Below, one piece after another: positions 1 through 9,300 of a stretch of 64,000 nt of DNA. The translations under genes and the position numbers were made by a program. Source of the stretch: an uncultured Chloroflexia bacterium (GTDB lineage Bacteria; Chloroflexota; Limnocylindria; QHBO01); assembly GCA_963805645.1 (NCBI GenBank), contig CAWDVA010000008.1:41748-105747 (forward strand), written 5' to 3'. Each line of letters opens with the position of its first letter. Within the stretch, counting starts at the first letter, position 1. Under the pieces are notes generated by a model. The model had not been told where the DNA came from. It searched no databases and saw only the letters and a program-made list of their open reading frames with translations.

Positions 1-1273
1 CGACCCGGCCCAGGGTGCTGAACAGCGCATCGGCACCCACGCCGAGGGTGAAGAGGAGCGAGTCCACGCTCTGCTTCACGTCCGCGTGCCCGGAGGCATA
101 GGCCACCAGCATTCGCGCCAATGGACCCACCTCCATCGGCTGGTCGTCGTACCGCGGTGCCTTGAGCCAGCTGTACTTGTCGTATCCCTCGAGCGACTCG
201 AAGGGCGGCTTGGGACCCGCGTACTTCGGGCTCGTCTCGCCGTCCCACGGGTGCTTGAGCGCGTCGTCGCCTCCGTCGTACGTGTACCAGGAGTGGCTGA
301 CGGTCTCGGCCACGCCGGTGTGCTCGACCGATTCGACCTTCGACAGGTCGCGGTTGAGGATCCGGCCGCGCGGCAGGTAGAGGCCCGATGGCAGTCCGGA
401 GTCATCCTCCGGGAAGTCACCGTAGGCGAGGTAGTTGCCGATGCCCCCGCCGATCCCCGCCCAATCCTTGTAGAACCCGGCGACCGCGATGACGTCGGGG
501 ATGTAGACGTTGTCCACGAAGGCCTTGGCCTTTGCGATGAGCTCGGCGACCTCTGACAGGCGCCGCGTGGTGAGGGCCGTCGGCGAGTTGGGGTCCAGGC
601 CCATGGCCATGCCGCCGACCACGTAGGACTGCGGGTGGGGGTTCTTGCCGCCAAGCAGGGCGTGGATCTTGATCACGTCCCGCTGCCAGTCGAGGGCCTC
701 GAGGTAGTGGGCGACCGCCATGAGGTTCGCCTCCGGCGGCAGCTTGTAGGCCGGGTGGCCCCAGTACCCGTTGGCGAACGGACCCAGCTGCCCGGACTCG
801 ACGAACGTCTTGAGCCGTGCCTGTACGGACTTGAAGTTGCCCGTCGAGTTGGTCGGCCAGTCCGAGATCGAGCCGGCCAGCTGCGCGGTCGCCGCAGGAT
901 CCGCGGAAAGCGCGGACACCACGTCGACCCAGTCGAGTGCATGCAGGTGGTAGAAGTGGATCACGTGATCCTGCACGTACTGGATGCCCGCGATGAGGTT
1001 GCGGATCATCCGGGCGTTGCGCGGGATCTGGATCTGGAGAGCGCTCTCCACGGCTCGCACCGATGCGAGCGCGTGCACGGTGGTGCAGACGCCGCAGGCG
1101 CGCTGGGCGAAGACCCAGGCATCCCGCGGGTCGCGCCCGCGCAGGATCAGCTCCAGGCCGCGGAACATGGTCCCGGTGCTCCACGCGTCCTTGACGACGC
1201 CGTCCTCGACGTCGACCTCGATACGGAGATGCCCCTCGATGCGGGTGATCGGATCGATCGCGACGCGCGTCAT
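1..1273 (-). CDS. [NiFe]-hydrogenase large subunit, N-terminal ~424 codons (gene continues past window start)
   Basis: Absent from the ORF track because it has no stop inside the window. My translation of the minus strand from ATG at 1273 gives MTRVAIDPITRIEGHLRIEVDVEDGVVKDAWSTGTMFRGLELILRGRDPRDAWVFAQRACGVCTTVHALASV... It carries the RIEGH motif and the RxCGxC Ni-ligand motif of [NiFe] large subunits. ATGA start/stop overlap with the small subunit at 1270-1273. Confidence 0.9.
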   Translation of the reverse strand, partial: MTRVAIDPITRIEGHLRIEVDVEDGVVKDAWSTGTMFRGLELILRGRDPRDAWVFAQRACGVCTTVHALASVRAVESALQIQIPRNARMIRNLIAGIQYVQDHVIHFYHLHALDWVDVVSALSADPAATAQLAGSISDWPTNSTGNFKSVQARLKTFVESGQLGPFANGYWGHPAYKLPPEANLMAVAHYLEALDWQRDVIKIHALLGGKNPHPQSYVVGGMAMGLDPNSPTALTTRRLSEVAELIAKAKAFVDNVYIPDVIAVAGFYKDWAGIGGGIGNYLAYGDFPEDDSGLPSGLYLPRGRILNRDLSKVESVEHTGVAETVSHSWYTYDGGDDALKHPWDGETSPKYAGPKPPFESLEGYDKYSWLKAPRYDDQPMEVGPLARMLVAYASGHADVKQSVDSLLFTLGVGADALFSTLGRV

Positions 1274-2457
1274 CGCTCTGTCGCCTCCTCACTCGACGTT
1301 GCCTTGTCGTCGGCCGGGCTGGTGCCTGGTTCGTGCGGCGGTTCAGGCGGCTCCGGCGAGGAGCCCGTCCCCGCGCCTTGCTCCGCGGTCGCGGCCCGGC
1401 GGTGCCTCACGTAGCTCACGCCAGCGTGGACCGCAGTGAGCCCGGCGACGGCGCCCACCAGGCCGATCCCCAGCTGGTCCGCGGTGACCTCCGTGCCAAA
1501 GGGCGGGGGCGAAGGCAGACGACGATAGAACGGCGTCATCTGGTCCCAGAAGGCCGGCATGGTGCAGCCCACGCAGCCGTGGCCCACCTTGACGGGCCAG
1601 CTCGTGTGCTCGTTGAAGCGGGCGGTGGGGCAGTTGCTGAAGGTCTCCGGCCCCTTGCAGCCCATCTTGTACAGGCACCACCCCTTGCGGTGGCCCTCGT
1701 CGCCCCAGGCGAGCACGTACTCGCCCTGCTCGAAGTGGGCGCGGCGTTCGCACTGGTCGTGGATCAGCTGTCCGTAGGCGAACAGTGGCCGCCCGGCCGT
1801 GTCGAGCGCCGGCCACTCCTTGAAGGTCAGGTAGTGGACGATGGTGGCGGTCAGGTTCTCCACGTTCAGCGGGCAGCCCGGAAGGTTGATGACCGTCTTG
1901 CTCGGCAGGATGTCCTTGACGCCAACCGCGGCGGTCGGGCCACCGCTGGCGTGGGGCAGCCCGCCGTCGAAGGCGCAGGTGCCCACCGCAATCACGGCCA
2001 GCGCGTCCTTGCCCGCCTCGCGGACGATCGACTCGAACGTCCGCCCGCCCACCGTGCAGTAGATGCCGTCCTCGCCGAGCGGGATGGATCCCTCCACGAT
2101 CAGGACGTACCCGTTCGGGAAGTTCTTGATCGTGTCGGCCCGGGACGTCTCGGCGGCCGTGCCGGCAGGCGCCATGATCGTCTCGTGGTAGTCGAGCGAC
2201 AGCACGTCGAGGACGAGCTCCGCCGCCGTCGGGTGCGAAGCGCGCAGCATGGCCTCCGTGTTGCCCGCGCAGTCCTGGCCCTCGAGCCAGATCACCGGGA
2301 CCCGGGACGATGCGGCCAGCGCCTTCGCGATGCGCGGCCCGTAGGCGGCGGGAAGCGCCAGGGTGGCGGCCATCCCGGCCGTGAACTTGAGGAAGGTTCT
2401 CCGGGAGATGCCGTGCTTGATCAGCACCGACAGGTAGCCGGGGTCAACGTCGTTCAT
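1270..2457 (-). CDS. [NiFe]-hydrogenase small subunit (Tat-exported, C-terminal membrane anchor)
   Basis: ORF 1270..2577. Twin-arginine signal GISRRTFLKF, FeS-cluster cysteine motifs (GQDCAGN, GTCAFDGG, PGCP, CKGPETFSNCP, HGCVGC) and a C-terminal hydrophobic helix. Start trimmed to MNDVD (2457); ATG at 2499 is an alternative. Confidence 0.9.
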   Translation of the reverse strand: MNDVDPGYLSVLIKHGISRRTFLKFTAGMAATLALPAAYGPRIAKALAASSRVPVIWLEGQDCAGNTEAMLRASHPTAAELVLDVLSLDYHETIMAPAGTAAETSRADTIKNFPNGYVLIVEGSIPLGEDGIYCTVGGRTFESIVREAGKDALAVIAVGTCAFDGGLPHASGGPTAAVGVKDILPSKTVINLPGCPLNVENLTATIVHYLTFKEWPALDTAGRPLFAYGQLIHDQCERRAHFEQGEYVLAWGDEGHRKGWCLYKMGCKGPETFSNCPTARFNEHTSWPVKVGHGCVGCTMPAFWDQMTPFYRRLPSPPPFGTEVTADQLGIGLVGAVAGLTAVHAGVSYVRHRRAATAEQGAGTGSSPEPPEPPHEPGTSPADDKATSSEEATER

Positions 2458-2619
2458 CGTGCACGAAGCTCCGTCTGTGACCGGCCTGGTGGAAGCCATC
2501 GGTCGACGGCCCCCTTCGTGCTCCGATGAAACCTGCCGTGGGGCCCGGTAGGGAGGGGCCAAGCGTCCTGAAGGCAACGGGCCGCATCGCCCGATTGCCC
2601 GAATCAGGCCCGTGGCGCC

Positions 2620-2668
2620 TCAGCTACGCGGCGGCGTCAGCGCGCGGCGGCGTCAGCGCGCGGCGGCG
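2620..2668. repeat. 16-17-nt tandem repeat (TCAGCGCGCGGCGGCG x2 plus one degenerate copy) spanning the stop codon of the ferritin-like gene
   Basis: Read directly from the sequence. Every unit carries TCA (TGA on the coding strand). Confidence 0.7.
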
Positions 2669-3987
2669 AGTCGGTCGGCCTGAGCCCGCAGGGCGTCGGT
2701 CACCTTGGCGAGCGGCATCATGAAGGTCGGGATGCACTGGTCCCGGCAGCGCGTCGCCAGCTCGGCCACGTCGCGCAGGCGTTCCTCCATGACGACCCAC
2801 GCCGCCTCCCGATGGGGGAGCAGGTAGTCGACCGCGTAGAAGAGCTCGAAGCCCGCCCCGGCGGTCAGGCCGGGATGATCGGGACCGATGGGCAGCCGCG
2901 AGACGAGCGCGCCGAGCGGCTTGATGCCAACGAACATGAGGTTGACGGCGACGTCTGCCAGGACCGCCAGCTGCTCGTCGGACTCGTCGGTGTGGGCGAA
3001 GTAGCGGGACAGGAGCTGGAGGGCGATCTCGTAGGTCGCGTTGAAGAGGTCCATGGTCCGGGCGGTGAAGCCGTCGTTGATGATCGGGACCTCGATGCCC
3101 GAGTCGGGCGGCCGGACGTACGCAGCCGCCACGTTCCGCGTCGGCTCGAAGTCCGGGTCGGCCTCACGCGCGGCCAGGTACTCCTCCAGGATGCCCAGCA
3201 GGCGTCCGAAGTGCGCATCGCGCCACTCGCCGCGGGCCCCCTCGCCCTGCTCGACGATGGTCTCGATGGCGGCCTGGGCGCTGGCGACGTCGGTGACGGG
3301 TATGAGCTCCTTCCAGCGGAAATGCTCCTCGTCGGCCTGGGCCGAGCGGGGACCCACGAAGAGCTTCTCCGGGCCGAGCTTCTCGGCGAGGTGGGCGAAC
3401 CCGTCCTGGATGGCGCGGTACAGGTGGCCGATGGTGGCGAAGTCCTGGAGGTGCGGCCCGATCTCGTCCTCGATCGCCGCCGGCAGCGGAACCGCTTCAC
3501 CGAGCGCGGCGAACCCCTCCGCGTCGTCCATGGCCATTCCCTCCGGCCGCTCCAGGTAGGCGAAGTGGCGGAGCGTGGCCTCGCCGAAGGGGAGCAGCGC
3601 GATCTGGATCCCGGCGGGGTAGCTCCGCGGCGGGAGCGGCAGGTTTGGCCGCGCCAGGCGCGGTGCGGCGCCGACCGCGGTGAGGAGGTTCTGGACCAGC
3701 GCCAGGTGCAGCATCTCCTGCTGGCCGATATGGAGCAGCTCGCGTCGCCAGCGCTTGATGGCGGTCAGCTGCTCGGCCGTCACGCCCTCGTCCTCCTTCT
3801 CCTTGAGGGAGAACGCTGCGTAGAGGTACGTGCACATGATCAAGTGCTCGAGCTCCGCGGCCTTGCCCAGGGTGTAGATGAGCGCTTCGCGGTGCTCGAG
3901 GACGATTGGCGCCTCGGGGTCGGCCTCGTCGCGCGTGGCGAGGACGCTTGTGAGGGCGCCGGTCGTGGAACCGCCTTGCCAGGACAT
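2653..3987 (-). CDS. ferritin-like domain protein (VioB-type ferritin-like fold family)
   Basis: 444-aa ORF. N-terminal ELEHLIMCTYLYAAFSL...QQEMLHLALVQNLL matches my recollection of the Ferritin-like (PF12902-type) family. GGGAGG lies upstream of the ATG at 3987. Confidence 0.65.
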   Translation of the reverse strand: MSWQGGSTTGALTSVLATRDEADPEAPIVLEHREALIYTLGKAAELEHLIMCTYLYAAFSLKEKEDEGVTAEQLTAIKRWRRELLHIGQQEMLHLALVQNLLTAVGAAPRLARPNLPLPPRSYPAGIQIALLPFGEATLRHFAYLERPEGMAMDDAEGFAALGEAVPLPAAIEDEIGPHLQDFATIGHLYRAIQDGFAHLAEKLGPEKLFVGPRSAQADEEHFRWKELIPVTDVASAQAAIETIVEQGEGARGEWRDAHFGRLLGILEEYLAAREADPDFEPTRNVAAAYVRPPDSGIEVPIINDGFTARTMDLFNATYEIALQLLSRYFAHTDESDEQLAVLADVAVNLMFVGIKPLGALVSRLPIGPDHPGLTAGAGFELFYAVDYLLPHREAAWVVMEERLRDVAELATRCRDQCIPTFMMPLAKVTDALRAQADRLAAAR

Positions 3988-4082
3988 CGACTGGCCTCCC
4001 GTCTGTGGACTCGGGGCTGGGCAGGCGAGCGCAGTCTACGCCGCTCGGGACCGTGGTGCCAGATCGTGTGTATCCTCGCGCC

Positions 4083-4781
4083 GTGACCCCTTCGCGAACC
4101 TCGGGTCGCGAGGTCCCGTTCCTGGGCCTCGCGCTGGTGGTGGTGCTCTACGCGGCCGCCATGGCCTACCTCGAATCGGCGGTCGTCGTGTACCTGCGGC
4201 AGGCCCTGGGCGTGGCGACCGCGACCGTCTTCCCGGTGGACTTCTCGGGAGCCGCCGGCTCGCTCGGGTATATCGAGCTGGGACGGGAGCTCGCCACGCT
4301 GATCATGATCGGAACGGTGGGCTGGATCGCCGGGCGCAGCCCGCTCGAGCGTCTCGCCTGGGCCGCGGTCGTGTTCGGCATCTGGGACATCGGCTACTAC
4401 GTGTGGCTGTGGGTCTTCTCCGGCTGGCCGGCGGGCCTCGGGACCTGGGATCTGCTGTTCCTGCTGCCGGTCCCCTGGGCCGGGCCGGTCTGGGCTCCGG
4501 TGGCCGTGAGCGTCGGGCTGGTCGGCTTTGGGCTCGCCGTCGCCGCCCGCCTCCGGGCCGGTCGTCCGCTGCGCATGGACGTCACGCGCTTCGCGGTCCT
4601 GCTCCTGGGCGGCGTGGTCGTCGTCGTGAGCTTCACCCTCAACGCGAGCGTGGTGATCGATGGAGGGGTGCCCACCAGCTTCGCCTGGCCGGTCTTCGTC
4701 GCCGGCATGGCGATCGGCGTCGCCGCCGCGGGAGACGCGCTGTGGCGCGGAGCGCGTTCCTCGGATCGGCCTGGAGCCTAG
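4083..4781 (+). CDS. integral membrane protein, unknown function
   Basis: ORF 4005..4781 with about 6 hydrophobic helices and coding-like GC3 bias. Start uncertain: GTG at 4005 or GTG at 4083. I chose 4083 to leave a divergent promoter region. Confidence 0.5.
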   Translation: MTPSRTSGREVPFLGLALVVVLYAAAMAYLESAVVVYLRQALGVATATVFPVDFSGAAGSLGYIELGRELATLIMIGTVGWIAGRSPLERLAWAAVVFGIWDIGYYVWLWVFSGWPAGLGTWDLLFLLPVPWAGPVWAPVAVSVGLVGFGLAVAARLRAGRPLRMDVTRFAVLLLGGVVVVVSFTLNASVVIDGGVPTSFAWPVFVAGMAIGVAAAGDALWRGARSSDRPGA

Positions 4782-5218
4782 GAAGCCGCTCCACCTCCCG
4801 GCGGCGGCTCAGCCTCCGACGGGGCGGGAGTCGCAGGGCGCGGCGCGCCCGTCTCGTCGGTCGCGTGGGCCTGACGATGCCAGGCCTCGAATGCCTCGGC
4901 GCTGCCTGCGGCTGGCGGTGCTGGTGCCTGGGGCGGTACCTGTCGAGGTGCATGGGATTCGTCAGGGCGCAGGAGAGCGACGACCGCCCATACCGCGGCC
5001 ACGACGAGCAGCACCAGCAGCAACCCGCCGAAGAACCAGCCGAAGCCGCCGAATCGCCCGATCCCGTCGAACGAGCCCCGGCCCATCACCCCGGGCATGG
5101 CGTAGCGCTCGTGGCCACCCACCGCGGCACCTGCCGCAAACGCCACGACGGCGACCACCACCAGCACCGCGGCGGCAGCGATCGCCAGCGCCGCCGTGCT
5201 CGTTCCTCGCCTGTTCAT
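4778..5218 (-). CDS. small membrane protein, unknown function
   Basis: 146-aa ORF with two hydrophobic helices (AALAIAAAAVLVVVAVVAF; GLLLVLLVVAAVWAVVALL) and a Pro/Ala-rich tail. No recognisable family. Confidence 0.45.
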   Translation of the reverse strand: MNRRGTSTAALAIAAAAVLVVVAVVAFAAGAAVGGHERYAMPGVMGRGSFDGIGRFGGFGWFFGGLLLVLLVVAAVWAVVALLRPDESHAPRQVPPQAPAPPAAGSAEAFEAWHRQAHATDETGAPRPATPAPSEAEPPPGGGAAS

Positions 5219-5346
5219 CCTGTGATCTCCCGGGAGGCCAGGCCTCGCCCTGCGTTCGATGGTCCGGAACCGATGATGCCACCGATTCCTGAGAATCGGC
5301 TGAAGGCGCGGGGTGCCTCGCGACCCGGCTCGAGCCGACTCGCCCC

Positions 5347-6585
5347 ATGATCGGTACGCTAACCGGCATGATCCGCGACCCGATTCGACTCAGCCGGCGT
5401 CAGTTCCTCGCGATCGTCGGCGGGGGCGCCGGTGCGGCGATCCTCGCCGCGTGCACGCCGCGCACCGCCGCGCCGTCCGGCTCGGCGGGCGCGGGCTCGC
5501 CGGCCAGCCTCGCCCCGACCCCGACCCCGACCTCCACCCCCACCCCCGGTCCGACCCTGCGCGAGAAGATCGGCCAGATGCTCCTCGTCGGCTTCCGGGG
5601 GACAACGGTCGAGGAGGCCGCCGCGATCGTGGCCGATATCCGTGACAGCAACCTGGGCGGCGTGATCCTCTACGACAAGGACCTGCCCACCGGCAGCCGC
5701 GTCCGCAACATCGTCTCGCCGCCGCAGCTGAAGGCGCTGGTCGCGGGTCTCCAATCGGGCGCGGCCACCCCGCTCATCGTCGCCGTGGATGAGGAGGGCG
5801 GGCTCGTCGCACGGCTGGATGAGCGCCATGGCTTTCCATCCACGTACTCCGCCGCCGAGCTGGGCAAGCGGGGCGATCCGCTCTTCACCCGCCAGCAGGG
5901 CGCGGCATTGGCCACCACGCTTCTCGACGCGGGGATCGGGGTGAACCTGGCGCCGGTCGTCGACCTCGACGTCAACCCAACGAACCCGATCATCGGCGCG
6001 CTCGGGCGGTCCTTCGGGGCGGATCCGTCGGTGGTCACAGCGCAGGCAGAGGCGTTCATCGCGGGGCATCACGACATCGGCGTGCTCACCACCCTGAAGC
6101 ACTTTCCCGGCCACGGCAGCTCCACCGGGGACACGCACCTGGGCGTGGTGGACGTGACCGACACCTGGAAGCCAATTGAACTCGAGCCGTTCGCCAACGT
6201 GATCCGCGACGGACGCGCCGATGCGGTCCTCACCGCGCACGTCTTCAACCGCACCCTCGACCCGGACCACCCGGCCACGCTCTCGCAGCAAATCATCACC
6301 GGCATCCTCCGTGAGCAGCTAGGCTTCCAGGGTCTCGTCTTCAGCGACGACATGCAGATGGGCGCCATCCGCCAGGCCTATGGCTACGCTGATGCCGTCC
6401 GCCTCGCGATCCTGGCCGGCGTCGACGTCCTAACCATCGCCCAGCAACAAGTTTTCGAGGTGGGCATAGTGGCGAAGACGATCGACCTGGTAGCGGGCCA
6501 GGTCGCCGGCGGCTCGATTCCCGAGGCGCGCATCGACGAGTCGTACCAGCGGATCGTCGCCTTCAAGCAGCGGATGGCGGCATGA
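5347..6585 (+). CDS. glycoside hydrolase family 3 (NagZ-like beta-N-acetylhexosaminidase), Tat/lipoprotein signal
   Basis: SRRQFLAIVGGGAGAAILAAC signal with lipobox. GH3 motifs: VDEEGG, NLAPVVDL, KHFPGHG, SDDMQMGA. Confidence 0.85.
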   Translation: MIGTLTGMIRDPIRLSRRQFLAIVGGGAGAAILAACTPRTAAPSGSAGAGSPASLAPTPTPTSTPTPGPTLREKIGQMLLVGFRGTTVEEAAAIVADIRDSNLGGVILYDKDLPTGSRVRNIVSPPQLKALVAGLQSGAATPLIVAVDEEGGLVARLDERHGFPSTYSAAELGKRGDPLFTRQQGAALATTLLDAGIGVNLAPVVDLDVNPTNPIIGALGRSFGADPSVVTAQAEAFIAGHHDIGVLTTLKHFPGHGSSTGDTHLGVVDVTDTWKPIELEPFANVIRDGRADAVLTAHVFNRTLDPDHPATLSQQIITGILREQLGFQGLVFSDDMQMGAIRQAYGYADAVRLAILAGVDVLTIAQQQVFEVGIVAKTIDLVAGQVAGGSIPEARIDESYQRIVAFKQRMAA

Positions 6586-7547
6586 CCCCACGGCGGATGC
6601 TGGGCTCGCTGGTCGTGCTGGTGACGATGGTGGTCGTCGCTGTCGTGCTGCTCCAGGGACAAGGGACCGGTTCCACTGAGCCATCTGGCACAGGGCCGAT
6701 GCTGGCGTCCGACACCCCGGGGGGGGCGCCCACCTCCGCGAGCTCCTCGGGAAGCGGTGCCACCGGTGCACGGCATGTCTGGATCATCGTCATGGAGAAC
6801 CGGGCCTACAGCCAGGTGATCGGCGACGCGGACGCGCCGTTTCTCAACCAGCTGGCGGCCGACAACGGCCTCGCCACCGACTACCACGGCGTCGCCCATC
6901 CCTCGGAGCCGAACTACCTTGCGCTCGTGTCAGGTTCGACGCAGGGGGTGACCGACGATGGCGTGCATGACATCAGCGCTCCAACCGTCTTCGGCCAACT
7001 GGAACAGGCGGACCGGACCTGGGCCGTCTACGCCGAGAACGTCCCGTCGGGATGCTTCACGGGGGCGACCTCCCACGGCGGCGCGGACGGTACCGGCACA
7101 TACGCTCGCAAGCACGAGCCGGCGATCAGCTTCACGGCCATCAGTGGCGACCCTGAGCGGTGCGCGCACATCACCGACCTGTCGCACTTCGACCCGGCGG
7201 CGGCGGACCTCAGCCTCGTCATCCCCAACTTGTGCCACGACATGCATGACTGCTCCACCGCTGCTGCCGACGCCTGGCTACGCGGGTTCGTCCCGCGCAT
7301 CACCGCCTCGCCCGCGTACGCCGACGGCGGGCTCCTTGTGGTGGTCTTCGACGAGTCCGATACCGGCGGCAGCAACGTCCCAATGGTGTTCGCGGGACCG
7401 TCCGTTCCAGCCGGGACGCGGGTAACCCAGCGCGCCGATCACTACAGCCTGCTGCGGACCGTGCAGGAGGCCTATGGTCTGCCGTGCCTGGCCCAGTCCT
7501 GTCACGCGGCTCCGATCCCGGCCCTCCTGAGCACCGGAGGCACCTGA
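6582..7547 (+). CDS. phosphoesterase-family protein (acid phosphatase / phospholipase C-like)
   Basis: N-terminal TM/signal helix. HVWIIVMENRAYSQVIG...HPSEPNYLALVSG matches the phosphoesterase family. ATGA overlap with the GH3 gene. Confidence 0.7.
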   Translation: MTPRRMLGSLVVLVTMVVVAVVLLQGQGTGSTEPSGTGPMLASDTPGGAPTSASSSGSGATGARHVWIIVMENRAYSQVIGDADAPFLNQLAADNGLATDYHGVAHPSEPNYLALVSGSTQGVTDDGVHDISAPTVFGQLEQADRTWAVYAENVPSGCFTGATSHGGADGTGTYARKHEPAISFTAISGDPERCAHITDLSHFDPAAADLSLVIPNLCHDMHDCSTAAADAWLRGFVPRITASPAYADGGLLVVVFDESDTGGSNVPMVFAGPSVPAGTRVTQRADHYSLLRTVQEAYGLPCLAQSCHAAPIPALLSTGGT

Positions 7548-8326
7548 TGCTGCCCGGCCACCCGACCGGCATGGAGGCGGCGCTCGCCGAGGTGGCCGGC
7601 TGGATTCGCGCCGCGCGCTCGACCGTGATCCTCACCGGTGCCGGGATCAGCACGGATTCGGGCATCCCCGATTTTCGGGGCCCGCAGGGAGTCTGGACCC
7701 GCAACCCGGGAGCGGAGGCGAAGGCGGACATCAGCCACTACCTGGCCGACCCGGCCGTCCGCCGCGAGGCGTGGCGCAGCCGGGCCGAGCATCCCGGACG
7801 CCATGCCCGGCCCAACGCCGGCCACCGCGCGGTGGCCGAGCTCGAGCGACGGGGCCACGTGGTGCTGCTCGTGACGCAGAACATCGACGGGCTCCACCTC
7901 GACGCCGGCAGCCGGCCGGATCGCACCATCGAGATCCACGGCACCACGCGGGAGTACGTGTGCCTCGCCTGCGGGGACCGCGGTCCCATGGAGGCGGCGC
8001 TGGAGCGCGTGCGGGCGGGCGAGGAGGATCCCGCCTGCCGCCGCTGCGGCGGCATCCTCAAGTCGGCGACCATCTCGTTCGGCCAGGCGCTCGTCGCCGA
8101 GGATCTCTTCCGGGTCCAGCGTGCCGCCGAGATGGCCGATCTCTTCGTGGCCATCGGGACCAGCCTGACGGTCTACCCGGTCGCCGAGCTGCCGGTCCGC
8201 GCGCTGCGCAACGGGGCGCGGCTGGTGATCGTGAACGCCGAGCCCACCCCGCTCGACGGCCAGGCGCATGCCGTCCTGCGCGGCCCCATCGGGGAGCTGC
8301 TGCCTGCGCTGGTGGCCGCGCTCTAG
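7547..8326 (+). CDS. cobB: NAD-dependent protein deacylase (Sir2/CobB sirtuin)
   Basis: ORF 7484..8326 trimmed to the ATG that overlaps the upstream stop (TGATG). Motifs: GAGISTDSGIPDFRGPQGVW, QNIDGLH, and a CxxC...CxxC zinc ribbon (CLACG...CRRCGG). Confidence 0.85.
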   Translation: MLPGHPTGMEAALAEVAGWIRAARSTVILTGAGISTDSGIPDFRGPQGVWTRNPGAEAKADISHYLADPAVRREAWRSRAEHPGRHARPNAGHRAVAELERRGHVVLLVTQNIDGLHLDAGSRPDRTIEIHGTTREYVCLACGDRGPMEAALERVRAGEEDPACRRCGGILKSATISFGQALVAEDLFRVQRAAEMADLFVAIGTSLTVYPVAELPVRALRNGARLVIVNAEPTPLDGQAHAVLRGPIGELLPALVAAL

Positions 8327-8352
8327 CCTCGGCGCTGGGCTACGCTCCGCGC

Positions 8353-9300
8353 ATGGCAGCCACGCCGAGCCTTCGCGATGTCCCCGGGATCCGGGTCGGC
8401 CACGCGACCGACCCGGTGGGAATGACCGGCTGCACCGTCGTCCTCGCCGCGGAGGGGGCGGTGGGCGGCGTTGACGTCCGTGGCTCGGCGCCCGGGACGC
8501 GCGAGACGGACCTGCTGCGTCCGACGGCCCTGGTCGAGCGGGTCCACGCGGTCTGCCTCACCGGCGGGTCGGCCTTCGGGCTGGCGGCCGCCGACGGGGT
8601 CATGCGCCGTCTCGCCGAACGCGGGATCGGGTTCCCGACCGGCGTTCGGCCGGTGCCGCTGGTGCCGGCAGCCGTGCTCTTCGACCTGGGCGTGGGGTCC
8701 TCGCAGGCGACGCCCGGCGCGGACGACGGCTACGCGGCCACGCTGGCCGCCGAGGGCGGCACGGCCGGGGGCGGCCCGATTGAAGGGAGGGTGGGCGCCG
8801 GTACGGGCGCCACCATCGGGAAATGGGCAGGTTCCGAGCGGGCGAGCCGCGGAGGCATCGGATCGTGGTCTGCGCGGCTGCCATCCGGTGCGACGGTGGG
8901 CGCCCTCGCGGCCACGAACGCCCTGGGCAACGTCGTCGGCCGGGACGGGCGAACCCTCTCCGGGGCTCGCGATGGCGCGGGCGGCTTCCTGGATCCGGGA
9001 GCCGTGATCGGCGGTGGCGCGACATCGGCGCCGTGGACGAACACCACCCTGGCCGTGGTCGCCACCGATGCTGCGCTGGACCGCTCGGCGTGCCGGTCGC
9101 TGGCCGGCCTGGCCCACGACGCGCTCGCGCTCGCCATCTCCCCGGTGCACACGCCGTTCGACGGCGACACCGTCTTCGTGCTCAGCACCGCGACGGCGGC
9201 AGAGCGAACGGATCCGGCGACGCTCCTGCCGCTGGGCGCGCTGGTGGTCGAGGTGCTGCGGACCGCGATCGAACGCTCCGTCCGGGAGCCTGAGGGCTAG
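8353..9300 (+). CDS. P1/S58 family peptidase (DmpA-type L-aminopeptidase/D-esterase)
   Basis: C-terminal part of ORF 7771..9300, starting at MAATPSLRDVPGIRVGHATD. GVDVRGSAPGTRETDLL and TNTTLAVVATDA are typical of the DmpA/P1 family. Confidence 0.8.
   Translation: MAATPSLRDVPGIRVGHATDPVGMTGCTVVLAAEGAVGGVDVRGSAPGTRETDLLRPTALVERVHAVCLTGGSAFGLAAADGVMRRLAERGIGFPTGVRPVPLVPAAVLFDLGVGSSQATPGADDGYAATLAAEGGTAGGGPIEGRVGAGTGATIGKWAGSERASRGGIGSWSARLPSGATVGALAATNALGNVVGRDGRTLSGARDGAGGFLDPGAVIGGGATSAPWTNTTLAVVATDAALDRSACRSLAGLAHDALALAISPVHTPFDGDTVFVLSTATAAERTDPATLLPLGALVVEVLRTAIERSVREPEG

Noticed and set aside
7547-8326. Sir2-domain protein as a possible anti-phage (Thoeris/DSR-type) effector
   Set aside because: It is a small canonical CobB-like sirtuin with an intact zinc ribbon and NAD motifs. 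It has no fused or adjacent sensor (TIR, STAND, Argonaute) and is translationally coupled to housekeeping-type hydrolases.
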